NCBI GenBank assembly: GCA_037200975.1
Contig: JBBCGI010000001.1
Span: 3,429,716-3,493,715, forward strand
DNA: 64,000 bases
Direction: 5' to 3'
Origin: Pseudomonadota bacterium
GTDB taxonomy: Bacteria > Pseudomonadota > Gammaproteobacteria > Steroidobacterales > Steroidobacteraceae
Shown: piece by piece, positions 30,610 through 41,336 of the stretch
Layout: each line of letters opens with the position of its first letter
Position numbering within the stretch: position 1 is the first letter of the stretch
Notes under the pieces: model-generated
The model's database searches: none
The model's input: only the letters and a program-made list of their open reading frames with translations
What the model was told of the DNA's origin: nothing
Program-made: the position numbers and the translations under genes

Positions 30610-31173
30610 TTGGCCATGATGGAATGGTTTTCTTCACACAACGGCGTCGAACAGCTGTTCTTGCTCTCTGGAATCGTCGGCGGACTGATCCTTGTCCTGC
30701 GACTCATCCTCACCATCGCGGGCCTCGACCACCATGGCGGCTTTGATGCAGTCCACGTCGACAGCGATGCGGGTTTCCAGGCGCTCACCATCCAGGGCAT
30801 CTCGTCTTTCTTCGCGATGTTCGGCGTGGTGGGCTACATGCTCTATCACAGCGCCGCGCTCGGGCTGGTGTTGTCGATCGTCAGCGCGCTCGCCGCGGGC
30901 GCTTTCTCGCTCTGGGTCATCCAGAAAATTTTCCGCTCCATGCTCAGGCTGCAGTCGAGCGGCACCGTCAGCCTGTTCGCCGCGGTCGGCAGCGAAGGCT
31001 CCGTCTACCTTACCGTGACGAAGGAAGGCGGCAGCGTGCAGATCAATTTCGCCAATCGCCTGCGGGAGTTCGAAGCGGTGTCGGCCGACGGCGCGACGCT
31101 GCCCACCGGCACGGCGATCCGGGTGCAGGGCGTTTCGGCCAACACGCTGATCGTCGCGGCCGCGGATCGTTAG
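30610..31173 (+). CDS. yqiJ: NfeD-like/YqiJ family inner-membrane protein
   Basis: Two to three N-terminal TM helices followed by a C-terminal OB-fold-like beta segment. It is followed by a flotillin gene, as in E. coli yqiJ-yqiK. Confidence 0.7.
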   Translation: MAMMEWFSSHNGVEQLFLLSGIVGGLILVLRLILTIAGLDHHGGFDAVHVDSDAGFQALTIQGISSFFAMFGVVGYMLYHSAALGLVLSIVSALAAGAFSLWVIQKIFRSMLRLQSSGTVSLFAAVGSEGSVYLTVTKEGGSVQINFANRLREFEAVSADGATLPTGTAIRVQGVSANTLIVAAADR

Positions 31174-31225
31174 TTTTTCCGAGTCACTGGTTAGTCAGGG
31201 CGCGGCATCGCCCGGAGGGTCTCGC

Positions 31226-32776
31226 ATGGATCTCACGACGGCTTTCATCCCGATAGTGGTGTTCGTACTGGTGGTGTTCTTCACCATCGTGTTTCTCGCC
31301 ACGCGTTACAAACGTTGCCCCTCGGACAAGATCCTCGTGGTGTACGGCAAGGTAGGCAAGGGCCAGTCGGCCCTGTGTATCCACGGCGGCGGCGCGTTCA
31401 TCTGGCCGCTGATCCAGGACTACACGTACATGAGCCTGACGCCGCTCACCCTTCCGATCCCGCTGACCAAGGCGTTGTCGCTGCAGAACATCCGCGTCAA
31501 CGTGCCGAGCACGTTCACGGTGGGTGTCAGCACCGAAGAAGTGATCATGAACAACGCCGCCGAGCGGCTGCTCAATCTGGCGCAGGACGACGTCGAGAGC
31601 ATGGCGCGCGAGATCATCTTCGGCCAGCTGCGCCTCACGGTCGCGTCGCTGACCATCGAGCAGATCAACCAGGACCGCGAGAAATTCCTCGATGCGATCC
31701 GGCGCAACGTGGCGCCCGAGCTCAACAAGATCGGTCTCTACCTGATCAACGTGAACATCACCGACATCACGGACGAGTCGGGGTACATCGAGAGCATCGG
31801 CAAGAAGGCGGCGTCCGAGGCCATCAACCAGGCGAAGGTCGACGTGTCGGACCAGGATCGCAAGGGTTCGGTCGGCGAAGCCGAGCAGGTGCGCGAGCGC
31901 ACCATCAAGGTGGCGCAGAACGTCGCCGAATCCGAGAAAGGCAAGAAGCAGGCCGAGGCCGATCGCCGCATCTACGTGCAGCAGCAGGAAGCGCTGGCCA
32001 CCATCGGCGAAGCCGAGGCGAATCGCGACATCCAGATCAAGGTTGCGCAGAACGAGGCGACTTCCGTGCAGGGCCAGAAGAAGGCCGAAGCCGAGAAACG
32101 CATCTACATCGAATCGCAGGAAGCCGAAGCCGTCGCGGGTGAGAACCGCGCGAAGGCATTGATCGCAGCCTCCAACGCGGAGCTGTTCGTGCAGTCCGCG
32201 CAGGCGTCGCAGCGCGGCCAGGTCGCGCAGTTCGATGCGGAGGCGGAGATCCAGAGAGCGCAGGCGAAGGCGGAGCTGCAGCGGCTGACGGCGGCCGAAG
32301 TGGTGCGTTCACAGGTTGAGAAAACCAAGATCACCATCGCGGCCGAAGCCGAAGCTGAAAAGACCCGGCGCGAGGCGCAGGGTCACGCCGATGCCACGCT
32401 GCTCAAGTACGAGGCCGAGGCGAAGGGTATCCGGCAGGTGCTCGAAGCGAAGGCGCAGGGTTACCAGGCGCTGGTGGCGAGTGCGAACAACGACGCACGC
32501 GCGGCGGCGACCTTGCTGCTCACCGAGAAGCTCGAGCAGCTCGTCACGTTGCAGGTCGAGGCGATCAAGGCCATCAAGATCGACAAGGTCACGGTATGGG
32601 ACGGTGGCGCCAGCGCCAATGGCGGCACCACGACGTCCAACTTCCTGGCCGGCATGGTGAAGAGCCTGCCGCCGCTGCACGACGTCGCGGCAATGGCGGG
32701 ATTGGATCTGCCCAAGTTCCTCGGCGATGCCAATGCCGCTGCACTTCCGCCGGCGAATGGACATGACCGGAAGTAG
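31226..32776 (+). CDS. yqiK: Flotillin-like SPFH (band-7) protein
   Basis: N-terminal TM helix, SPFH domain, and a long EA-rich coiled coil (AEAEKRIY, AQAKAELQ repeats). Confidence 0.85.
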   Translation: MDLTTAFIPIVVFVLVVFFTIVFLATRYKRCPSDKILVVYGKVGKGQSALCIHGGGAFIWPLIQDYTYMSLTPLTLPIPLTKALSLQNIRVNVPSTFTVGVSTEEVIMNNAAERLLNLAQDDVESMAREIIFGQLRLTVASLTIEQINQDREKFLDAIRRNVAPELNKIGLYLINVNITDITDESGYIESIGKKAASEAINQAKVDVSDQDRKGSVGEAEQVRERTIKVAQNVAESEKGKKQAEADRRIYVQQQEALATIGEAEANRDIQIKVAQNEATSVQGQKKAEAEKRIYIESQEAEAVAGENRAKALIAASNAELFVQSAQASQRGQVAQFDAEAEIQRAQAKAELQRLTAAEVVRSQVEKTKITIAAEAEAEKTRREAQGHADATLLKYEAEAKGIRQVLEAKAQGYQALVASANNDARAAATLLLTEKLEQLVTLQVEAIKAIKIDKVTVWDGGASANGGTTTSNFLAGMVKSLPPLHDVAAMAGLDLPKFLGDANAAALPPANGHDRK

Positions 32777-32837
32777 TTGAGCTGACGGATCCGCGTTGCG
32801 GATGAAATGGGCGCGCCTGCAATCAGGCGCGCTTTTT

Positions 32838-34343
32838 TTAGTCCGCCGGGACGGTGCGTTCCCTGGCCCATTCACGCAGTTCCGCGATCTTCTCGGCCAT
32901 CACTATGGACAACGGCTTCGTCGCTTCGAATTCCGCGGCGATGAGGCGCGCGTTCACGGTCTGATCGCTGGCGTGGGCGGTGTACAGCGCGGAGACCACC
33001 GCCTGCTCGAGCTCCGCGCCGGAGAATCCGTCGCTGCGCACGGCCAGCGCCTTCATGTCGGGCTCCGAAATCGTCACGCCGCGTTTCTTGCAATGGATGC
33101 CGAGAATATCCAGCCGCGCCGCGGGCGTCGGCAGGTCGACGAAGAAGATCTCGTCGAAGCGGCCCTTGCGCACGAGCTCGGGCGGCAGCGCGGTGATGTC
33201 GTTTGCGGTGGCGACGATGAACACGCGCGCGCGCTGCTCGGCAAGCCAGGTGAGGAAGGCGCCCAACACGCGGCGCGACGTGCCGCCATCGTTGTCGCCG
33301 GACGAAAGCGCCTTTTCGATCTCATCGAGCCACAACACGCAGGGCGCCAGCGCTTCGGCGGAGGTGAGCGATTCGCGCAGATTCTTTTCCGATTCGCCGT
33401 GCCACTTGGAATACAACGCGCCGAAATCGAGCCGCACCAATGGCACGCCGAGCACGCCGGCGGCGGCGCGCGCCGCGAGGCTCTTGCCGCAGCCCTGCAC
33501 GCCTAACAACAACACGCCCTTGGGCGCATCGAGCCCGGGTGCGCTGCCATCGAATGCCGCCTTGCGCTGCAGTATCCAGCGGCGCAGGTTTTTCATGCCG
33601 CCGACTTCGGCGAACTTCGCCGTGTCGGGCTCGAACGACAGTGTGCCGCCGCGATTGAGCAACTGGTATTTGGCCGCCAGCAGCGGCGTGATATCTGCTT
33701 CGGTCAGCGCGCCATCGTTGAAGATGGCGGTGCGGGTCAGGCGCTCGCAGTCACGCAGCGTGAGGCCGGCCAGATTGTCGACCAGCTTCTCGACGATTTT
33801 CACGTCGATGTTCGGCAGGGCGCCATGCGCCTGCCCCCATTCACGCGCTACACGCATGACGAGCAGGTGGCGCTCGTTCCTGTCGGGCAGTTTCACCGCG
33901 AAGCGCGCCGCGAGGTGATCGAGATCGACGGGCAGTTTCACTTCGGAACTGAGCAGCACAATGGTGCGCGCGCACTTGTTGTATTCGAGCGCGATGTCCT
34001 TGAGGGCGCGAACGAATTTCGGCTCGGACAGATAGGGGTGAAAGTCGAGCAACACGTAGATGCCCGCCATCGTCGTCGCCTTGATATGGCGCAGCAGTTG
34101 ATCGGGCTCGGAGAGGGTCCGCTGGGCGCCACCGAGATCGACGTCGATACGCAGCAGACCTTCGGTAATGCTCCACTGGAATACGCCCCAGTTCTTGCCG
34201 CGCTGCGCCTTCAGGGCGGCTTCGCGCACCAGTTCGATCGCGCGCGCTTCCTCCCGGCTTTCGATGGTGACCAGCGCCACGCGGGAAGCGAGCAGGGTCT
34301 GCAGCTCTCCGGCGGGCGAGGGGTCGGCGGCGAGGGATTTCAT
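32838..34343 (-). CDS. Classic-clade AAA+ ATPase (Ycf46-like) with an approximately 250-aa uncharacterised N-terminal domain
   Basis: Walker A GVQGCGKS, Walker B VLWLDEIE, second region of homology ATANDITALPPELVRKGRFD. No protease or TM domains. Confidence 0.7.
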   Translation of the reverse strand: MKSLAADPSPAGELQTLLASRVALVTIESREEARAIELVREAALKAQRGKNWGVFQWSITEGLLRIDVDLGGAQRTLSEPDQLLRHIKATTMAGIYVLLDFHPYLSEPKFVRALKDIALEYNKCARTIVLLSSEVKLPVDLDHLAARFAVKLPDRNERHLLVMRVAREWGQAHGALPNIDVKIVEKLVDNLAGLTLRDCERLTRTAIFNDGALTEADITPLLAAKYQLLNRGGTLSFEPDTAKFAEVGGMKNLRRWILQRKAAFDGSAPGLDAPKGVLLLGVQGCGKSLAARAAAGVLGVPLVRLDFGALYSKWHGESEKNLRESLTSAEALAPCVLWLDEIEKALSSGDNDGGTSRRVLGAFLTWLAEQRARVFIVATANDITALPPELVRKGRFDEIFFVDLPTPAARLDILGIHCKKRGVTISEPDMKALAVRSDGFSGAELEQAVVSALYTAHASDQTVNARLIAAEFEATKPLSIVMAEKIAELREWARERTVPAD

Positions 34344-34472
34344 GGGCGGCGCACTTTAGCAGTTTGTCTATTTTGGGGCTCATTCAGAGCCCCATTGCGA
34401 GGCCGCGATTCTCATGACACCTTCACGCGGCTTCCCTACAATTCGCCCCCTTTTCTGCAAAGGCCGACAGCG

Positions 34473-35663
34473 GTGCCGAAAGCCAAAAACGCGAAGCGCG
34501 GGTTCATCGATCCCTTCAAGACGGCCGAGATCAAGCGGCTGGTGGGGGAGTTCGGCTCGCCGCTGCTGATCATCGACTGCCAGCGCGTGCGCGAGCAGTA
34601 CCGCAAGCTGCACAAGGCATTGCCCGGCGTCGACCTGCACTACGCGCTCAAACCACTGCCGCACCCTGCGGTCGTCGAGACCATCGTCGAACTCGGCGGC
34701 TGGTTAGACCTCGCCACGACGGGCGAGACGCAGCTGGTCACGCAGCTCGGCATCGACCCGGCGCGCTGCATCCATACGCACCCGATCAAGCGCGACATCG
34801 ACATTCGCAACGCGCTGCATCTCGGCGTGAAGATTTTCGTCGCGGATAATCCGGACGAGGTGCGCAAGTTCGAGTCGTATCGCGACCAGTGCGAATTGCT
34901 GCTGCGCGTGTCGTTCCGTTCGCCGGGCGCGGTCGTCGACCTGTCGCGCAAGTTCGGCTGCGACCCGGAGGATCTGCTGGAGCTGGCGCGGCTCGCGCGC
35001 AAGCTCGGCATCACCGTGAAGGGGCTGTCGTTCCACGTGGGCTCCCAAGCTGCGGACCCGGCCAAACACGTCGAGGCCATCCAGGTATGCGCGGGTCTCA
35101 TGGCGCAGGCACGGCGCGAGAAGCTCGGGCTGTTCGACACGCTCGACATCGGCGGCGGTTACCCGATCGAATACGGGCAGAAGGTTGCGGATATCGGCCG
35201 GTTCTGTGCGCCGATCCGGGCGCAGCTCGCCAAACTACCGGCACGTATCCGCGTCATCGCCGAGCCCGGCCGTTACCTGTGCGGGCCCGCGGCGATCGGC
35301 GTGGCCTCGGTCATGGGGCGCGCCAAACGCGAAGGGCACTGGTGGTACTACCTCGACGACGGGCTGTACGGTTCGTACAGCGGGCAGTTGTTCGATCACG
35401 CCAAGTATCCGGTGGAGTCGCTCAAGGAAGGCGGCGAGAAATTCCCGTCGGTGCTCGCGGGCCCGACCTGCGACAGCATCGACGTGATCGCGGAGAACCT
35501 CATGCTGCCGCAGCTGAAGGCGGGCGACCTGATCGTCGGGCGGGCGATGGGTGCCTACACCTGGGCGAGCGCTTCGGAGTTCAATTTCTTCCCGAAGGCG
35601 ACGGTGGTTTCGGTGAATCGCAAAGCGGGCGATGCCGGCGCGGTAGTCCCGCTGCCGTTCTGA
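34473..35663 (+). CDS. Fold-III PLP-dependent decarboxylase (ornithine/lysine/arginine decarboxylase family)
   Basis: Alanine-racemase-like N-terminal barrel (LHYALKPLPHPAVVETI), GGG motif DIGGGYP, and C-terminal GPTCDSIDV. Probable GTG start at 34473, since the ORF-track ORF begins far upstream. Confidence 0.75.
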   Translation: MPKAKNAKRGFIDPFKTAEIKRLVGEFGSPLLIIDCQRVREQYRKLHKALPGVDLHYALKPLPHPAVVETIVELGGWLDLATTGETQLVTQLGIDPARCIHTHPIKRDIDIRNALHLGVKIFVADNPDEVRKFESYRDQCELLLRVSFRSPGAVVDLSRKFGCDPEDLLELARLARKLGITVKGLSFHVGSQAADPAKHVEAIQVCAGLMAQARREKLGLFDTLDIGGGYPIEYGQKVADIGRFCAPIRAQLAKLPARIRVIAEPGRYLCGPAAIGVASVMGRAKREGHWWYYLDDGLYGSYSGQLFDHAKYPVESLKEGGEKFPSVLAGPTCDSIDVIAENLMLPQLKAGDLIVGRAMGAYTWASASEFNFFPKATVVSVNRKAGDAGAVVPLPF

Positions 35664-35671
35664 ATTCAGCC

Positions 35672-36067
35672 ATGCGCGTACTGATCGCCGGTTGCGTGTT
35701 GCTGCTCACGGCTTGTGCGGCGGCGCCACCGGCCCGTCCGCCGGTGAAGATTGGCGAGGAGTTCCCGCTCGCGCTGGGCGAGTCGGTGGGCATCGAGCGG
35801 AAAGGCATCGTCCTCAAGTTCGAAAAGGTGCTCGAAGATTCGCGCTGTCCGATGAACGCGCGCTGCTTCTGGGAAGGCAATGCACGCATCGCCATCAAAG
35901 CCAGCGATTCCGCGGCGAAGCGTTACGAGCTAAACACCAGCACCCGTTTCAACACGAGTGCAAAAATTACCGATTTCACGCTCGAACTACGGCGGCTGGA
36001 ACCAGATCGCCTTGCCGGCGCTCCAACGAAAGGCTACGTCGCCATCTTGTTTGTTGGAGCTCAGTGA
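35672..36067 (+). CDS. Hypothetical lipoprotein
   Basis: Lipobox LLTAC with MRVLIAGCVLLLTAC, 131 aa. Confidence 0.55.
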   Translation: MRVLIAGCVLLLTACAAAPPARPPVKIGEEFPLALGESVGIERKGIVLKFEKVLEDSRCPMNARCFWEGNARIAIKASDSAAKRYELNTSTRFNTSAKITDFTLELRRLEPDRLAGAPTKGYVAILFVGAQ

Positions 36068-36627
36068 ACAGAATCTGGACACGCCGCCGCTGGTTGAGCA
36101 CCGTGCTCGCAGGAAGCGCCGGAGTGTCGCTCGCGCGTGTGGGTTTTGCGCAGGCGGCGTCCGAGGCCGAACTCCCGGAGCGGCAGATCGAGCTGTTCAA
36201 CACGCACACGAATGAAACCGCGAAGGTGGTCTTCAGACGCGGCGAGCAGTATCAAGATGACGCGCTCGCGGCACTCAGGAACGTGCTGCGCGATCATCGC
36301 AACGGCGAGGCCCACGACATGGACCCGGCGCTTTACGACCAGCTCCACGACCTCGCGATTGCCGCCGGCTGCGCGCCGCACTATGAAATCATTTCGGGTT
36401 ATCGATCGCCCGAGAGCAACGACAAGATGTCCGCGAAGCCGGGCAGCGGCGTGGCGAAGAAGTCGCTGCACATGCAAGGCCGCGCGATGGATGTGCGGCT
36501 CAAAAATTGTTCCTGCGACATGTTGCGCGACCTGGCAATCGCCGCGGCGAAGGGCGGCGTCGGTTACTACCAGCGCTCGAACTTCGTGCACATCGACACC
36601 GGCGCGTTCCGCACCTGGGTGGGCTGA
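36064..36627 (+). CDS. ycbK: DUF882/YcbK-like Tat-exported peptidase M15-family protein
   Basis: Tat motif RRRWLSTVLAGSAGVSLA. YRSPESNDK...SLHMQGRAMDV...NFVHIDTG matches the YcbK/MepK family. GTG start overlaps the upstream stop (GTGA). Confidence 0.75.
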   Translation: MNRIWTRRRWLSTVLAGSAGVSLARVGFAQAASEAELPERQIELFNTHTNETAKVVFRRGEQYQDDALAALRNVLRDHRNGEAHDMDPALYDQLHDLAIAAGCAPHYEIISGYRSPESNDKMSAKPGSGVAKKSLHMQGRAMDVRLKNCSCDMLRDLAIAAAKGGVGYYQRSNFVHIDTGAFRTWVG

Positions 36628-36740
36628 GGAAGTGGTGCCGGGGAAAGTGGTGCCGGGGTGCAATTCTCGTAATTGAGTGGCCGTTCGCGCACGCGCAAAC
36701 GCACGCTCAATTACGAGAATTGCACCCCGGCACCACTTCT
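36627..36740. repeat. Family-2 GC-rich palindromic element between convergent genes, sharing termini with the 17259 hairpin
   Basis: GAGGAAGTGGTGCCGGGGAAAGTGGTGCCGGGGTGCAATTCTCGTAATTGAG...CTCAATTACGAGAATTGCACCCCGGCACCACTTCTTCC, a roughly 33-bp stem with a duplicated GAAGTGGTGCCGGGG at the left end. Confidence 0.65.
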
Positions 36741-36742
36741 TC

Positions 36743-38257
36743 CTACCACGACTTCGCGAGCTTCTCGTCGTGGTGATAGATATCCTCGAAGAACAACACG
36801 CGCCCGTGTTCGAGCGCCAGCGCGGTCGCATAGATCAGGAACACGCGGATCGGTTCCGCCAGCGTGATGCGGGTGCCGGTCTCGGCATTCATCGCCGCGG
36901 CGATGCGTTCCGCGGTCCACTCCGGGTTCTTGCGCAACACGTGGCGCGCCAGTGCCGGCGGGTCGATCACACGTACGCAGCCGTGGCTGGCCGCGCGCCG
37001 CGCCTGCGCGAACGCGCCCTGCGACGGCGTGTCGTGTAGATAGACGTTGTAGCGGTTCGGGAACAGGAATTTCGCGTTGCCGAGCGCATTGCGCGGACCC
37101 GGCTTCTGCCGCAGCCGCAACGCGCCGCGCTCGAGCGCGGCCACGCTCTCGGCCGACTGCGGCACCACCGTGCCGTCATCTCCCTGGCCGCGCACGATCT
37201 CGAAGCCGCTCGCCGCCACCCAGTTGGCATTCGCCTTGATCTGCGGCAGCAACTCGTTCAGCAGGATGCTGCGCGGCACATCCCAGAACGGCCGCAACAC
37301 CACCTGCTTCATGTCCGACACGAACACCGGTGTGTTGTTCTGCGGAAAAGTCTTTCCCACCACCACGTCCATGATGAGGATGTCCGACTCGCGGTCCTCG
37401 GTAGTTCGAAACGCGAACAACTCGAACTGCGGGATGTTCACGATGATCGGCGGGCTCGCCAGCCGCGAAGGCAGCCAGCGCGAGCGCTCGATGGCGAACT
37501 CGATCTGCTGCACGCGCCTGGCGAGCGGCACGTTGAGCGCGTCGAGTGTGGCGCGTCCGAGCGCGCCATCGATATCGAGGCGATGCCGCACCTGGAACCG
37601 CACCAGCGCCATCGAAGTCACGGCGTCGAGCGTTTCATCCTGAATCCCGAGCGCCGACTTTTCCAGGTCGCCGAGCTGCACGAGCCGGGCGCGCAAGGCG
37701 AGCATGCCGGCATAGGGTTCTCCAGGTTTCACACTGGCACGGCCCGTGGAGGGCAGTGGTGACGGCTCGCCCGCCGCCGCGAGTGCGCGATAACGCTGCA
37801 GCGCCGCTCGTAACAGATCGTAGTGATGAAACGCGGGCTCGTAATCGGCAAGCACCGCGAGCGGCTCGGAGCTCGCCGCCAGCGCATGGACCGCGACGGC
37901 GGTGTCCACCGCCGCATTCGGCAGGTCCAGATCGTGGCCGACGGCACGCGGACTGATGCGGCCGCTGTGAACATGCGTGACGAAACGTGCCACCGCGCGG
38001 CTGATATCCGCGTCGAGCGCGGCGTTCGGCGTGCCTGCCTGCGCGCGGGCCAGCAATGTGTCCGCGGCGTAATCCCTTGCGCGTAACCCGTATTTTTCCG
38101 CGTCACGCATCTCCATCAGCAAGGTGTCCGCGCTTGCGCTGAGTTTGCCTTCGCTTACCCATAACATCGCGGTTGCAGGCGGAGCATCATTAGCCGGGGC
38201 TGCCACTACGGGAGCTGCGCACAGGCTCACGAGAGCGAAGCCGAGGACGAATTTCAT
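36743..38257 (-). CDS. ldtD: L,D-transpeptidase (YcbB/LdtD family) with a peptidoglycan-binding domain
   Basis: Signal peptide MKFVLGFALVSLCAAPVVA and a YkuD catalytic motif HGCVRV near the C-terminus. E. coli ycbB and ycbK are also neighbours. Confidence 0.8.
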   Translation of the reverse strand: MKFVLGFALVSLCAAPVVAAPANDAPPATAMLWVSEGKLSASADTLLMEMRDAEKYGLRARDYAADTLLARAQAGTPNAALDADISRAVARFVTHVHSGRISPRAVGHDLDLPNAAVDTAVAVHALAASSEPLAVLADYEPAFHHYDLLRAALQRYRALAAAGEPSPLPSTGRASVKPGEPYAGMLALRARLVQLGDLEKSALGIQDETLDAVTSMALVRFQVRHRLDIDGALGRATLDALNVPLARRVQQIEFAIERSRWLPSRLASPPIIVNIPQFELFAFRTTEDRESDILIMDVVVGKTFPQNNTPVFVSDMKQVVLRPFWDVPRSILLNELLPQIKANANWVAASGFEIVRGQGDDGTVVPQSAESVAALERGALRLRQKPGPRNALGNAKFLFPNRYNVYLHDTPSQGAFAQARRAASHGCVRVIDPPALARHVLRKNPEWTAERIAAAMNAETGTRITLAEPIRVFLIYATALALEHGRVLFFEDIYHHDEKLAKSW

Positions 38258-38289
38258 GTGGGAGATTTTCAGCACTGATGACACTTAGT

Positions 38290-38778
38290 ATGGAACTTCA
38301 AAAACCAGAGAATTCCTTGCCTCTCGAAACCGCCATTCATCGTCGTGTCAACGACGCGCGCGCCGGTCGCGACAATACCGTGCTCGGACGTTGCGCATCA
38401 GGGTGGGCCGTGTTCGGTCACCAGCAATTTGTACAGGGATACCTTTTGTTGTTGCCCGATCCCGTGGTGCCCGATCTGAACGCGCTCACGCCCGAGCGGC
38501 GCTCGCAGTTCCTGCTCGACATGTCGCGGCTCGGCGATGCGCTGCTGCGCACCACCGCGCCGATCCGCATAAACTATGCGATCTTCGGCAATGTCGAGCC
38601 GGCGTTACACGCCCACATCATTCCGCGTTATCGCAGCGAACCGGAAAACATGCAGACTCAGCAGCCCTGGGCCTACGACTGGAACGCCGCGCCGCCATTC
38701 GACGTCAATGCCGCGGCGCCCCTCCTGAAGGCGTTGCGCGTGGAGCTGGCGCACCTGGGTGCGCTGCGCACACCCTGA
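38290..38778 (+). CDS. HIT-superfamily-like hypothetical protein
   Basis: HAHIIPRY resembles a degenerate histidine-triad motif. Assignment is weak. Confidence 0.45.
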   Translation: MELQKPENSLPLETAIHRRVNDARAGRDNTVLGRCASGWAVFGHQQFVQGYLLLLPDPVVPDLNALTPERRSQFLLDMSRLGDALLRTTAPIRINYAIFGNVEPALHAHIIPRYRSEPENMQTQQPWAYDWNAAPPFDVNAAAPLLKALRVELAHLGALRTP

Positions 38779-39203
38779 TGGCGGTGCAGCCGAGATTTCT
38801 CGCGTACATCCTCGAGCAGCTGGGTGCGATCGGCCGTCTGCGCTCGCGCCGCATGTTCGGCGGCGTGGGGCTGTACAGCGGCGATTTGTTCTTCGGCCTC
38901 ATCGACGACGACACGGTGTTCTTCAAATCCGACGCCAGCAACAGCGCGGATTACACGGCGCGGAACATGCCGCGGTTCATGCCTTTTCCCGACCGGCCCG
39001 AGGCCGTGATGGCGTATTACCAGGTGCCCGCGGACATCCTCGAAGACGCCGAGTCGCTGGCCGCGTGGGCGCGCAAGTCCGTGGCCGTCGCGCTCACGTC
39101 GCATGCCGCGAAGAGCCATCGCATGCGGCGCAAGAAAACCACCCGGGTCGCAAAGAAAAAGAAGGCGGCGCCGCGCGCGCGGCGGCGGAAGTCACGCGGC
39201 TAG
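38778..39203 (+). CDS. TfoX/Sxy N-terminal-domain protein with a K/R-rich C-terminal tail
   Basis: RMFGGVGLYSGDLFFGLIDDDTVFFK is the TfoX N-domain. C-terminal RRKKTTRVAKKKKAAPRARRRKSRG. The start overlaps the upstream stop. Confidence 0.7.
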   Translation: MAVQPRFLAYILEQLGAIGRLRSRRMFGGVGLYSGDLFFGLIDDDTVFFKSDASNSADYTARNMPRFMPFPDRPEAVMAYYQVPADILEDAESLAAWARKSVAVALTSHAAKSHRMRRKKTTRVAKKKKAAPRARRRKSRG

Positions 39204-39224
39204 ACGCGCGACTGCGCTGGCCTT

Positions 39225-41315
39225 TCACACGCGCGACTGCGCGATGCGCACCAGATCGCCGAGCGTCTCGATCGGCGCCGAACAGGTCGAGCCGCGGCAC
39301 ACATAGGCGCGCGCTGCCGGCCCGGCCTTCTTGTCCGCGATGGCCGCATCGAGCCCATCGAGATTCGCGGCAATCGAAAAAACCAGCCGATGCGGCGCGT
39401 ACAGCTTTCCGAGCTCGCGTTGCCACCGGCCCGCGGCGTTTTCCGGTTCGCGCACGATGACGATTTCCGGTGCCTCGAGATACTCCGCCAGCGCCTCCAG
39501 CAGGCTGACGTGCCCGTGCGGAAAACGGTTCATCGGCAGCGACGCGGCGCGCAGCGTGCGTTCCGCCGCCGTCAGCCAGCGCGTCTCCCCTAACAAGTAG
39601 CCGGCGCGCAGCAGTATGCGCGCCGCGATGCCGTTGCCCGCAGGGATGGCATCGTCACTGAAACTCTTGCTGCGGTGGATCAACGCCTCGTGGTCGTCCG
39701 AAGTGAAGAAGAACCCACCGAGCTGCGTATCCTCGAAATGAGCGAGCATCGCATCGAGGATCTCGCGCAACCACGCGGCGTCCTCGTTGCGCCAGCGCAG
39801 CTGCAGCATCTCGAGCAGCGCATTGGCGAGATAGGCGTAGTCGTCCAGATAGGCGTTGAGGTGCGAGACGCCATCCTTGGACGTGGCGAGCAACCGGCCG
39901 CCGCCGGGGCCAGCCTTCCACAGGTTCGCCCGGATGAAGGCCAGCGCGCGTTCGGCCGCGGCGCCGAATTCCTCGCGCCCGAGCGCGCGCGCGGCGATCG
40001 CGAGCCCGCGGATGGCCAGCGCATTCCAGCTGGTGAGGATCTTGTCGTCGAGCCCCGGCCAGACGCGCTGGTTGCGGATCGCAAGTAGCTTGGCGCGCGC
40101 GCTGTCGACCTGTTTCGCGACCTCGGCCACCTCGAGCTGCAGCTCCTTGGCGATCTCATCGACCGACACGAACACGTGCGTGTGCCACGCGCCCTCGAAG
40201 TTCGGTTCCTCGTCGAATCCAAAGCGGCGGCTGAACACGCTCCACTCGAGCGGCGTCAGCGCGGCGTGTACCTCGGTGCGCGTCCAGACGTAGAACTTGC
40301 CTTCGTGGCCTTCGGAATCCGCGTCGTACGCGCAGTAAAAGCCGCCGGCGTCATCCTGCATCTCGCGCAGCAGCCACTCGCCCGTTTCGCCGGCTATACG
40401 CCGGAAGAATTCGTCGCCGGTGGCGAGCGCGGCTTCGGCGTACGTCGCGAGCAACGCGCCGTTGTCGTACAGCATCTTTTCGAAGTGCGGGATCATCCAG
40501 AACTGATCGACCGAGTAGCGCGAGAACCCGCCGCCGAGCTGGTCGTACAGGCCGCCTTCCCCCATGCGCGTCAGCGTCAATGTCGCCATGTAGAGCGCGT
40601 GCAGATCCGGCGCCTGGGTCACCGCGGTCGAGTGCCAATGGCGCATCAGCCGGTCGATCGAACCCGGGTGCGGAAATTTCGGCGCGTCGCCGAAACCGCC
40701 GTAACGCTTGTCGAAGGTGGCATTCAGTTGCTCGCGCGCGGCGTCGAGCGGCGCGCGATCGAGCACGTGGGAAGCTTCCACCGGCGTGGGGGTCAGCTCG
40801 CCGAACACGCCCATCAACGTATCGTTCTGCGCGCGCAGCTCGTCGTGCTGCTCGCGGTAATACCCGGACACGCGTTTCAGCAGCGTGCTGAACGCCGGCA
40901 TGCCGTAACGTGCCTTGTCTGGGAAATACGTGCCGCCGAAAAACGGCTTCTGGTCGTCGTGCGCGAGGAACATCGTGAGTGGCCAGCCGCCGCCGCGCTG
41001 CGTGAGCACCTGGTGCGCGAACTGGTAGATCTTGTCGATGTCGGGCCGCTCTTCGCGATCCACCTTGATGTTCACGAACAGTTCGTTCATCAACGCCGCC
41101 GTCGCCGCATCCTCGAAGGATTCATGCGCCATGACATGGCACCAGTGGCAGGCGGAGTAACCGATCGACAGCAGGATCGGCTTGCCGGACGAGCGCGCGA
41201 GCTCGAGTGCCTCGCTGCCCCAGGGAAACCAGTCGACGGGATTCGTCGCGTGTTGCCGCAGGTAAGGACTGGTCTCCCGGCTTAACCGGTTGTTCTGCTG
41301 CGGGGATGAATCCAT
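39225..41315 (-). CDS. Thioredoxin-domain protein of the YyaL/DUF255 family (N-terminal Trx fold plus six-hairpin glycosidase-like domain)
   Basis: [52 protein letters not shown] is the diagnostic DUF255 N-terminus. 696 aa. Confidence 0.85.
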   Translation of the reverse strand: MDSSPQQNNRLSRETSPYLRQHATNPVDWFPWGSEALELARSSGKPILLSIGYSACHWCHVMAHESFEDAATAALMNELFVNIKVDREERPDIDKIYQFAHQVLTQRGGGWPLTMFLAHDDQKPFFGGTYFPDKARYGMPAFSTLLKRVSGYYREQHDELRAQNDTLMGVFGELTPTPVEASHVLDRAPLDAAREQLNATFDKRYGGFGDAPKFPHPGSIDRLMRHWHSTAVTQAPDLHALYMATLTLTRMGEGGLYDQLGGGFSRYSVDQFWMIPHFEKMLYDNGALLATYAEAALATGDEFFRRIAGETGEWLLREMQDDAGGFYCAYDADSEGHEGKFYVWTRTEVHAALTPLEWSVFSRRFGFDEEPNFEGAWHTHVFVSVDEIAKELQLEVAEVAKQVDSARAKLLAIRNQRVWPGLDDKILTSWNALAIRGLAIAARALGREEFGAAAERALAFIRANLWKAGPGGGRLLATSKDGVSHLNAYLDDYAYLANALLEMLQLRWRNEDAAWLREILDAMLAHFEDTQLGGFFFTSDDHEALIHRSKSFSDDAIPAGNGIAARILLRAGYLLGETRWLTAAERTLRAASLPMNRFPHGHVSLLEALAEYLEAPEIVIVREPENAAGRWQRELGKLYAPHRLVFSIAANLDGLDAAIADKKAGPAARAYVCRGSTCSAPIETLGDLVRIAQSRV

Positions 41316-41336
41316 AGGCGGCTAGAATAGCGCCCG

